DNA of 64,000 nt from Azolla caroliniana (Eukaryota > Plantae > Polypodiophyta), in NCBI GenBank assembly GCA_043228905.1, contig JBHGNT010000016.1:4216001-4280000 (forward strand), read 5' to 3'. The translations under genes were made by a program, and so were the position numbers. The notes under the pieces are model-generated. The model worked only from the letters and a program-made list of their open reading frames with translations, was not told where the DNA came from and did not search any database. How positions within the stretch are numbered: the stretch's first letter is position 1; each line of letters opens with the position of its first letter. This document shows positions 1-11,300 of the stretch, in pieces.

Positions 1-7
1 TCAAAGA

Positions 8-8
<1 letters not shown>

Positions 9-52
<44 letters not shown>

Positions 53-74
53 CGTGCGTGCGTGTGTGCGTGTG
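9..74. repeat. (TG)n / (TGCG)n microsatellite
   Basis: Direct reading; another (TG)n run lies at about 183-200. Confidence 0.95.
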
Positions 75-358
75 TATCGGTGCCTAACATGAGTCTCACA
101 TGAGTTAGCCATATGATATGCAAAGGAGAGTAGTAAGGAAATATAATCAGCATTCTTTCTATGTATAGACTCACTTCAAAGAGTGTGTGTGTGTGTGTGT
201 CTAATTGCTACATCTTTCAAGCATCATTTAAATTGAAGTATTTAGGTGAGTTCTAAAAGTTTCAACCTACTTTATACCTATAGAAAAAACTAATAAAGTA
301 TATGCATAATGCATGGATGGTTAGCATAACATACGTGCACATAAATATTCAATTCATG

Positions 359-895
359 TGTTGTGCCCCTAGATTATGGGGGTCTCAAAACAACAAGAAA
401 ACACAGTTGGACACCAATTAGGACACAAGTCATAGTTATATCTCATTATGAATACACAAGCTTACAACCGTCCCAAATTGGAACAAACCACTCAAAGTTG
501 GGACAAGTCGGGGTGAGTCAGGACAACTCCCCAAAACCACCGAAAGAAGGAGATAGCAAAATGATTAAACGCTCCTTAGAGCCAAGATGAGAATGAGAGA
601 GTATGAGAGTGTGTGAGAGAATGGATCTCAGAAAATGGTGATATGGGAATGTTACAAATTAGGAGAAGCTCCTCCTTATATAGGCCAAATATGGCCATTG
701 GATGAAACTAGTTGTTGGGGGGAGGGGGGTCTCTAGCCATTGGGACTAGTTAGGACTAGCCGTTGGGAGGTCTCCTTGGGACTGGGTTGTCCCAACCCAA
801 GGTGACGCCTTCTTTGGGACTGGGACTGGTCCCCTTGGTGAGTTCCAACTTAGATTGGAATTGTGTCCCAGTTGGGATAACTCAGGGACACCACA
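359..895 (-). mobile_element. Solo LTR (537 bp) with 5-bp TSD
   Basis: Starts TGTTGTGCCC and ends GGGACACCACA (TG...CA, imperfect terminal inverted repeat). Flanked by TCATG at 354-358 and 896-900. TATA-like CCTATATAAGG on the minus strand near 673-684. Confidence 0.75.
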
Positions 896-3800
896 TCATG
901 TGTAACAAACATATATATGCATGCATGGAAATCTAGAAGATTAATGATATTGCCCTAAAGAATGGGCCTATGTCACACTTCAATTCCTATAATGGTTTTT
1001 TGTTCTAAAATGAGAACGTGATTGTATGGTTTTCCATCATTTTTGGGAGGCTTATTACAAACTATTGAGACTTCTTAAAACCTCCTCCCTTTTTATAGAA
1101 AGTTTATTTTACATTGTCCTAGTTAAGGTTGTGGTTGGATGTATCCCATCATGTTTCGCATATGCCTTTAATGTCATGATTCCCAAATTTCTTCTATTTA
1201 ATATAGTTTTGAAGGTATCACAATAAATGAAGTGGGCTATGTACAATGTGGGGAAACTCGGTTAACATTGAAGCACAAGCTATGTATCTTACTCAATATA
1301 TAAGAGACATGTAAGTTTGTAACCAACATTATCTTGTATGGCTCTTTATTTCCTCATAATAATGTGTCTAAATGGAAAGGAAGAGAATATATGAGAGCAT
1401 AAAAACTACATGTGAAATCACGTGTGACACGTGCAGCTTCATGGGAGGTGTTAACATGTCACAGTTAATGAGATTTATTTGAGAAAGACTATATCATGTG
1501 CATAGTTAACATCCATGTGTTTCTTAATGTTCTCGGAGAAAGCTATTGAATACCATCAAATTGTGTAATGTTGTAATGGCCTTACCCTATCACATTATGT
1601 CAATGTTATATATGCCACTCATGATCATGTAACCAATGGTAAAATGCAAAATACAATATGGACAGTGGACACCTCATTTTTGCCATAATTAGGTTTCAAT
1701 CATAACTTTGGTTTTGAAGTATTACTTGGCACCTTTCATGTCGTACAATCACCAAACTTTATTTTGAGAATTTGTCTTTTTCATCCTCCCTCACTCAAAC
1801 ATAATAGTAACAAGTGTCATGTTGTGGATAGAATACAAACATTAAATGGAAAGCGTAGATAGATCAAGAATTCACAAATGCATGGCAATGTGACACCAAA
1901 TATACTACTTTTGTTTGCCATCATTTGAAAACTACTCTCACATCGTTCATAATGATTGCGGTTTAAAAAGGCCATATTTTGTCCGTGTTCAACCTAATAG
2001 ATTTATACACGCATGTCAATGAAAATTACACATGCATGTTTCGTGGCATTTACATTACAATTAAGATTACCGCACTCGTTGAAATTGTTTCTAATGTGGA
2101 AATTATCAAGAGCTACATGTGGCATCATTCTCATGGAGTTTATGTATGATTGCATCTACTTTGTGTTTCTTTTGCATATTGTTGGGGTAAGAGAAGCAAT
2201 AAAAAACGAAAAGTATTTGATGTTTATCATAGAGTGAACGTTCAATTTAATAATATGGAAATAAATCAAATCATTATAAGCTTCCAAGAAGGAATACAAG
2301 CCATGGATCATATATGTCATATATTATGACTAGAGAACTTGTTAGTGTGGTTCATTGTAAGAACATATCTCAGTATCACAATGCACGTCTCATCTACCTC
2401 CTTTCTTATTTATTCACATCGCTCAAGACACATCGTGCATTTTCATCCATCTATTTGTATTCTTCTTACATGATTTCTAGGTGTAATATAAATTTTAGAA
2501 TATTTGAACCATTATTGGCAGTCACATTTCTCAATACACATAGTTGTTGGCCCTCTTGTTTAACTTATATTATCATATATGACTTTCCATTCCTTTTAAG
2601 TTTGATGTGACATTTGAAACGATCACCCAATTGTAACAAAAACCTTTGAAATTCATTATCAATTTTGAACCTTTCCAATTTCATGGGTTTGGTTTCATGT
2701 TCCTTCGTTCAAGACATTTTTTTCGAAGACCTAGCAAAAAGGTTGGGTATGGTAATTTCATTTTTGTCGACTAACTTTTGATTCCCTGCTTTTCTATGTA
2801 AAGAACGCCCAAGGTAAAGTAGTTTGTCAATGTCCATTGTCTATTTTACGAAGGAACGCTTGCATCATTGTTGATGAAATTGTTGGTTGATATCTAGAGG
2901 AGAAGTAGACAAGTTTTGGATCAACGAAATGACATTAGATATTCACATAAAAGGGTGGGTTTTACTCATGAAAATTGCATGTATTGGTGGGCCTTGATTG
3001 TGCATAATGTATGTTTAGGAGTTCGCTTCATTGCATTTGCTTTTTTTGGGTAGGGGCAATGTCAAAGCTTACCGTCAACACCATTTTGTCCTTCAATGTA
3101 ATGGAACTAAGAATAAGCCAATCATTTGATCTAAATCTCTCTTAAACATTACTTATTCATCCTAGTTCATTAAAACGTTGCATATTATGCCTTTGTTTAT
3201 TCATAGAATAGTTCCCAATATTTTTGCAATGTTCTTTAGCATTTCAATTCCAAAACTTTCCCTAGTTATTGATTGAGAAGGATAATAACACATTTAAGGG
3301 AATTTGTCACGATTTTGACATTGTAAGGAATCTCGTGATGCTTGTATGCTCATCAATGATGTCAAACTCATCCTTTTCCAATAGTTTGAAGAAGTTCCAT
3401 ATATATTCCAAGGTTTGCATTTGATTGATTTGATATAAGCAAGGCCCAAATGCACGACGTTACAACCTTATTTAGAATTGTTTTCTGAATATAATAGTTT
3501 GCTATTTTGGGACGGTAACGAATAAGAAAAGTTCATTTCAAAAGCAACTTTGTTTAAATACTATTGCGAATGTTAATTTCAAAAGCATGTTAATTACTTA
3601 AAATGACCACACATACCGAGACAAAACAATCTATCACATACTTTGTAAGATTTTACTTTTGAAAACATAGTTCAACTTGGTTCTAGAATAAAGTGAATCC
3701 TTCACTTGTGGTGGCTAAGAGAGTGTAGCGACAAACACTAATGTCTTCATCCAAGACATTGGTAGCAACGATATTCTAAAATGGATCTTGGTGGACAACG

Positions 3801-4583
3801 TTATTCAAATTGACTATCTTTTAGCATTGTCATCAATAGGTGGACTTTTGGTCATGGATGATGAAATAGCATATCTTTACACTATTACGTGATCAAGGTT
3901 CTTGTTGGTTGTAGAATAAGGCGATTTCTCTAAATTGTGGCTAATGCAATGTATCTAACAATCGTTAGGGTCTTCATAAGAGTCATGGGTAGCAATGATA
4001 ATCTAAATAGAATATTGGTGGGCGACATTATTGAACTTGATTGCTTTTTAGCATTGACACAAATAGACATGCTTTTGATCAAAAATGATGAAACCCCACA
4101 TATTCACACTATCAAGTGATTGAGGTAAAGGAGTCCTTCAATTTTTCTTTATTCAAGGGAATTTGCCCTAAAACAAGCTAGAATGGATCTGTAATATTGT
4201 TGACCAGTGTGATATCCCGAACAATTGTACTCTCACATCATAGATTGTATTGTTGACATATAAGTTGGTATTTAATATATCCCTCAATCCCATGATAGAA
4301 TGTGCTATCAACTATAAAATAATTGGTCGAATATGTCCTTTGTCAAAAAATGCATCAAGTGACCTTGGTAGATGCCAGAAGAGAGGAATCAATAGTTTGC
4401 AACGAATGGACAAACGTCTCTATTAGAAAACATAGAAACCAAAAAATCTAGGAAAAAGGGAAGCGTTGTTAGCAGGAGTCCAATATCTACTAGATAACGC
4501 ATTGGTTCAAAAATTTTGAGGCATGGACACCTCCTTCAAAAAAACATTGCAATAAAATAAAATAAAATATATATGTCTCCTCA

Positions 4584-5458
4584 TAGCAATGGGCATGGTT
4601 TTGGTTCGAACTGAACCGAACGAACCTTTAAGCCATGGTTTATTGGTTCCCAAAATATTTTAATGGTTTGGATTTTTTATAAACGGTTCGGTTCGGTTGT
4701 AAAACTTGAGCTTATAGGTTTAAATGGTTTGGTTTATAAGTTTTTGGTTTATTTTTTACCTTAATAATTTATTAATTTAATGGTTTGATTAATGGTTTTC
4801 TATTGATTTAAATAATTTAACTTAAATTTTTATTTTTTTCCATAAAAAAAATCCTCAATTGGTATTAAAATTAAAGGAAACAATATACATATATTGTCTT
4901 GCATCTGTTCAAAACTAATACAACACCTCCTCGGCATATCCATAGTCTTTATAGCCTCTTTTGAGTGCATTCCATGAGATGATATTTGAAACCATAATTG
5001 TGCTAAATGTTTTATGCACGGTTTCTACGTTTCAAGCATATCTCGAACTTAAACTAGACCATTCAAAAAGATTTCTTGCTTGTCTTATGGCAAAGACTTG
5101 TTAAGCTTCAAGCATACTTCTCAATAAGGGCACTTGTTTCTGTGACCTCCATGTTTTGCGAGGACATTTGAACATGGAGGTTGTTCCATTTCTGTATATC
5201 TCCCATGTTCCCACATGCTTTCAACATACCAAAAAATGTCATCATATTAAACCCCTCCATTTGCAGATGCTCAACAAAATTAAGAGTTTCTTCACAAAAC
5301 CCAATTCCACATTACCTTGATATTCGGTTTGGTTTCAACTTTTCCCTAAATGGTTTGGGTTTCAATGGTTTGGTTTACTTTTTCTTAAATGGTTTGGTTT
5401 TTGTTTTATATAAACGGTTCGGTTTCTTTGCCTTGAAACCCAACCATGCCCATTGCTA
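4584..5458. mobile_element. Non-autonomous hAT element (875 bp) carrying a PPR gene fragment
   Basis: 17-bp TIR TAGCAATGGGCATGGTT / AACCATGCCCATTGCTA. Perfect 8-bp TSD TCTCCTCA (4576-4583, 5459-5466). Subterminal GGTTCGGTT/GGTTTGGTT repeats. Confidence 0.9.
4896..5315 (-). pseudogene. PLS-class PPR gene fragment inside the hAT element
   Basis: Minus-strand translation gives GFCEETLNFVEHLQMEG, TFFGMLKACGNMGDIQK and NIISWNALKRGYKDYGYAEEVL, with stops and frameshifts. Confidence 0.7.
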
Positions 5459-6825
5459 TCTCCTCATATAAATACTGAGAGAAATAACAAGAAGATTCAT
5501 GGTGTATAAATGCTAATGAGAAGAAGAGAGAAGCCTCTCAATCCAATTTGGGATAACGTAACCCCTCTTTACCGATAAGTCAAATTCAAGATCTCATGTA
5601 AAGTTAAGGTTTGGTAATAATGGTTGCATGTTAGTTCATAGGATAGATGTAATAGGAAGGACATAACTCAAGAAGGTTGATTCCCTATCAACATGGTATG
5701 TGTTGTCCCAACAAATGGACTATTTTGTATTCTTGAGGGATTTTATGACTTATTGGCATAGACTTTGCCCATGTGCAAACAACAGGGATGTTTGATGTTG
5801 AATATACAAGGGCAATAAGCATGAAGAGTATTTGATGGAACTTTATGCAACATGCATATTGGGTTATACTATGGTATTATATGGTCAATCGTAATTATTT
5901 GTTTGATTGTGGTGAAAAGGGATGTTAATGTCCATTTATTTTAGCTCGTTATTGACAAAGAGGATATAGTAGGATGCAATAACGTATGATGCTTGACGGT
6001 AGGTCAACATTCTTGTAACAACTGTTTATAACTAATGAAAGGATATTTTTAGGGAAAAATATATATATCATGCTTCGACGAACTTTGATTTATAATTTGA
6101 GAATGTTGGACATTTTGATGGGGTATTCTAAAATGTGTTGTGAGGAATTTCAATCAATGTCTTGGTATGGCCTTTCCCACGAACATGGCGAACAATGTGT
6201 CTGAAAAGTCTTTCCCACAAACATGGCGAAGTTTGATGTGCACATTCCAAATAAGCATGATGCAAAAACATGCGCATGTAATAGATTTGAATATTAAAGT
6301 ATATACCTTCATCTTGAATGGGCCATAGGCCCATACCATTTATTTTCTAATAAATCTTCAAATTTCATCATTACCCACAAATTGGAGTAAAATCCTGTTG
6401 GGATTTATCACCTCCTTTTCTGTATAAGGGAGTGTTTGTGAACAAATTATTATGCATGGCGTATCAAAAGAGTGAACAATGAGGATGTTGGACATACGGT
6501 GGCTAAAAATGCTCTCGAGTCTCAATAAAGAATTTCATGCCATCACCATTTTAGGGTGAAAGTATATAATTGTTTGGTGGGTTACTATAAGCAACCTAAT
6601 GACGATGACAATGTTTTCATTTATGGGGCTAACTACTCGAAAGGTAAACATTCAAAGGTTTCATCATTACTCGTATGCAAAATATAAACACTCATTATCT
6701 TTCAAGAATGTGGGTGGTGTTGACAATGGCAAATCGTATTCTCTATAGTAGTGCAATATATTTGTAAAACATTTGTAGAAGGGGAGGTTTTCGTTACCTC
6801 TATCAAAGAAGATGTGCCCGTGCAT

Positions 6826-7142
6826 TGAAAGGGTTTGGTAAGGTGGCAGAACAAGCATACAAGGAACACGCTCATTTGATGATGGAAGAGATGGTGATAA
6901 ATTGGGCGTGCACATGCGCAATGTGTTTGGGTTTTATGAAAGGGTTTGATAAGGTGGCGGAACAAGCGTACGAGGAACACACTAAATTAATGATGGAAGA
7001 GATGGTGATAAATTGGGCGTGCACATGCGCAATGTGTTTGGGTTTTATGAAAGGGTTCGATAAGGTGGCGGAACAAGCATACGAGGAACACACCCATTTA
7101 ATGATAGAAGAGATGCTGATAAATTGGGCGTGCACATGCGCA
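6826..7142. repeat. Tandem repeat, 111-bp unit, about 3 copies
   Basis: Unit starts TGAAAGGGTT at 6826, 6937 and 7048. Confidence 0.92.
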
Positions 7143-7740
7143 CACACACACACACAAACACATAGGGGGGCAATGTGATGCACATGCGCGCGCACGAACA
7201 CACAAACACGAACACACACGGAAAGAGGGTGATCGAAATGACTCATTCGTTGGTAGCAAGACGCAACATGATCGAACTCTAGGGATGTAACTAGACTGGA
7301 CATTGGGCGATCGGAACGAGCTCATTTCCAGGGATAGTAAAGTACATAGTGGATGCGAGAGTTGGGGGGGGGGGGGGGGGGGGACCACGAGACAATCAAA
7401 ACAACTCATTCATTGGTGGGCAATGGGATGCACATGCGCACACACACAAACACACAAGGAGCAATGTGATGCACACGCGCACGCACGCACGCGCGCACAC
7501 ACACCCACACACACACAAACACACAAACACACACGGAAAGAGGGTGATTGAAATGACTCATTTGTTGGTAGCGAGTCGCAACATGATCGAACTCTAGGGA
7601 TGTAACTAGACTGGACATTGGGCGATCGGAATGAGCTCATTTCCGGGGATAGTAAAGTACATAGTGGATGCGAGAGTGGGGGGGCGGGCGGGCGGCGGGG
7701 ACCACGAGACGATCAGAACAACTCGTTCATTGGTGGGCAG
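7130..7740. repeat. Tandem duplication, ~315-bp period, containing CA microsatellite and G-runs
   Basis: CTAGGGATGTAACTAGACTGGACATTGGGCGATCGG occurs at 7279 and 7594. Confidence 0.9.
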
Positions 7741-8042
7741 GCAGACAAGCGCCTTTTCAAAAATGTGAGGTTCATTATGGGCGGGCAAGCATGCGGATGG
7801 GCGGGTGGTCGGGCGGGCGGCAGCACACATGGTTTTTTTTCCCGAGTAGGCCAGCCATGGCCGGAGCCATACGTTGTATGCATCATCATCATCTACTATC
7901 TCATGGTGATGAATCATGGCGATGGTGATGGCACCTCCACTTACATCCCCGGCAGCAGGTTTTCCGCCATAGCTTTTTAAAACTCTATTTAACTGCTCCT
8001 CCTCCTCCTCCTCTCAGTTCACAGGACATCCAAGTATTTTAT

Positions 8043-8182
8043 CTTCTTCTTCTTCTTCTTCTTCTTCTTCACGTGGGGATCAAAAGAAAAAGAATTTTAT
8101 CCCTGCAGTTTTTCTTTCTGTTTTTTGTTTTTTGTTTTCTGTTTTTTTGTTTGTTTTGCATTTTCTTTCCCCCTTCTTCTTC

Positions 8183-8214
<32 letters not shown>

Positions 8215-8263
8215 CTGCTTTCTTCCTGTTCTTCCAACAGATCTTCGCAGAGTTCCCTCCCCC

Positions 8264-8327
<64 letters not shown>
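8043..8327. repeat. (TTC)n and (CT)n microsatellites in the AAE 5' leader
   Basis: Direct reading. The (CT)n run ends in CAG 6 nt before the ATG, a possible 5'-UTR intron acceptor. Confidence 0.9.
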
Positions 8328-8329
<2 letters not shown>

Positions 8330-8335
8330 AAGTCG

Positions 8336-11300
8336 ATGGAGAAATGCAGTGCAAACTATCCAGCTCTCACCCCCCTGGTGTTCTTGGAGAGAACTGCGAT
8401 CTCCTATGGTGATCGCACATCCATCATCTACGGCCCTTCGATCCGTTACACTTGGTCCCAGACCTTTGAACGATGTAAACGACTCGCGTCTTCCCTTCTT
8501 CTCTCACTTAACATCCGTCCAGGAGATGTGGTATGTATGTTTCAATCTCTCTCTGCCATGATCCCCCCCCCCCTCTCTCTCTCTCTCTCAGATTTCCGTT
8601 TCATCTCGGTTGAAAGTTCGTGCATCTACTCCATCAAGGAGCTGGTGAAAGTTGGAACCTCCATACTTCCTATACATGTTTTCATTTTGAAATTAGTCGG
8701 AAACGTAGAAAAATGATTGAAGCTCAACAGTTCTTTTACATGTTTCCCTGTGAAATTAGTTGAAATAATGTAATTTGTTGCTGTCCAACATGGTTCTCGT
8801 GGGAAATTGGTAGACATACTGAAGTTCAATGCTGTTTTCACGTGTTTTCCCTGTGACATTAGTTGACATACTGAGGTTTTAAGGCTTTCTAGAGACTGGT
8901 CTGCCTCCAAATTAAGTGAAGTTCCAGCCTTCTCTACACGTATTTCAACTTTTGAAGTTAGCTGAAATGTTTAAGGTCCATGATGTCTATACTTGATCTC
9001 CCTTTGAATTTAGTTTAAAATTCGAGCTGTTCGTTTACTCTTGAAGGGAGTTGAAATTTCATGCTTTCTACACATGAACACCTTTGAAACTAGTTAAAAC
9101 AAAGAAGTTCACAGTTTTCTGTACATGATTTTCCTACGAAACCTTTTGAAATGTTGAAGTTCCTGGCCATATATGCATGTTTTCCTTTGGAAGCAGTTGT
9201 GACAGTGATGTTCCAGGATTTCTTTATGTTTTTCCCCTTTGAAATGTTGAAGTTCCCTTTTGAGTTTGTTAAAATATTGAAGTCTCAGGTTTCTTTTGCT
9301 TTGAGAGATCTGTATAGATATCTGTTCACAGAATTGGCACCAATTATCCTCCCAGAAGTTATTGAGCTATAATTTCCCTTTGAAATTTGCTAACATATTG
9401 GAATTCCATGCTTTCTATGCATACTTTCACTTGAAAGTAGTTGAAATGTTGAAATTTCAGGCTTTTTCAACATGATTTTCTCTAGTTGCATTGCTGAAAT
9501 TCCATTCTTTCTACAGATGATTTGTAGTTGAAAGTGTTGAAGCTCCATGATTTCTATACAGGATTGAACTCAGTTGGGACTTTGAATTTGAAGGCTTTTT
9601 TATACCTCTGAAATTAGTTTTAAAATCCTTGCATTATGGATGCATGCTTACATTTTCTGCATTTTTATGAATATTTTGTAAGTTTTCCTGTGTGTTTCCT
9701 TTGAAGCTAGTTGAAATTCTTTCATCTTATTAATGCTTAACAATTTTTGTTTGTCTCAGTTAAAATTAGTTGCAATTCCTTGTTAATGCTAATCTTGCAT
9801 TATTGGCATTTTTGATAATTTTCCATTTCCCCTGTAAAATGAGTTTAATTTCATGCCCAAGCCCCATCATGGGCTGATTTTAAAGATGAAAATTTCCCCT
9901 AACTGTATTATCAGGAGATGCAACTTCTTCTTGAGTTCTCCCCTAAATGAGTGTGCCATATATTGCAAAGAATACACTGTATCCAGCATGAAGTTAATGG
10001 GGGAGAGTCACCTTTCTAACTTTATAAACTGGTAGAAACGGAGTAGTCTAACCCTGGAGATATGAAACCAAAGTATTGAACTCATTTTGTTCATAACACT
10101 GAGAACTGAAAATAATGCAAAGCTCATTTGAACCCATGAGACGGTCAACACGCTACCACACAGAATTAATTCAAGGATAGGCAAGTACGCAATTTCTTTT
10201 ATATTCGCGAAACCAGTTGCAACAATTGTTTGCCAGGATTGCAACTCTTGATCTACCAATTGGGATTCTCAGTAGCTATCTCTCAGGTATCTTAATCTCT
10301 AGAAATCTTGAGGTGATGATGATAACAATGATGTTAAAGGAGAAAGAATGATGAAGGTGATGTTAATGATGACATAAATATTATATGTTGATTATGATAT
10401 TTATGAAGATGAACATGTCCCATCATAAATGTGTCGGCTTTTGAAAGCCACTACTAAAACCTGCCTACCATTGCATACCAAAGAAACTCTTTTGCATGTA
10501 ATAGAAAATCAGATTGCCATACTACAGCAAGCTCTCAATGCCATCATCATACAAATTGGGTAATGTGCCATGCAAACTACACCTTCACAACCTTCGATCA
10601 TCAATCAACTTATGGGAGACATCATTGGTGTGCACCACGATTATCAAATCTCTCTCCCTCTCCCTCTTTCTCTTTCTGTCTCTCTCAAGTATATTGCAAA
10701 AGTCAAGAATATGCCAGTTTACAAATCTCTAAAACTTGCATGAACATACGATGCCAATTGCAACAAAACTAATAAGAGAAAAATCCTCTCATTTGGTTGG
10801 GTCCTGGACACCAAGAAATGATTTAAGAGATGGGGAGTGGAAGACCTTTTTGGCCTCTCAGATGATGCTAAGAAGTATGTGGTCATCAAAGAAAGGCTAC
10901 TGAAGCCATTGAGAAGGGAATGGCATGATTAAAAAAAAAAGCAAAACTGGAATATTATGTGTTGGGTCTGGTACGAGGAAAAAAATTCTAGAATGTATCC
11001 TACTACTGTCATGCGTACCCCACATGCCTTAGCTCATACAAATTTAATTAACACAAGCTATGCAATGAAGACTTTGTGGAGGATGAATCTCACTTCTTAT
11101 ATTTCACAAGAGATAATGTGATTCACAAAGATTAAGGAGACTTGTTAAATGGGCATGATACCTTGGGGGCCTCTGCCATAACTAATAAGCCCCTCTTTTA
11201 TGCACACCAACATAAAAACTGTATGTTCAAACATACATCCACGCATACCAACCTAGAGCATATATACAAGTTAATGCAATCAAACAGGTACAATGCACAT

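Larger units (their letters stand above)
2000..7975 (-). mobile_element. Probable highly degenerate Helitron/Helentron-like (Rep-PIF1 helicase) element
   Basis: Decayed minus-strand motifs occur in the expected order: HGHIFF (HUH-like, ~6810), LIWNVHIKL (Rep-like, ~6245), FDIIDE (Walker B-like, ~3360), VLRNVTANNG (~2520), AIIHKL (~2145). A complex repeat block occupies 6826-7950. Boundaries are uncertain. Confidence 0.4.

Noticed and set aside
6826-7740. Repeat arrays as a possible CRISPR
   Set aside because: The units are contiguous tandem copies without unique spacers, the context is eukaryotic and there are no cas genes.
8073-8561. Several overlapping ORFs with poly-S/L/F/ER runs (also at 7300-7640, 44351-44651, 44710-44999)
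   Set aside because: They are artefacts of (TTC)n, (CT)n and (CA)n microsatellites. Only 8336-8530 is coding in the first region.
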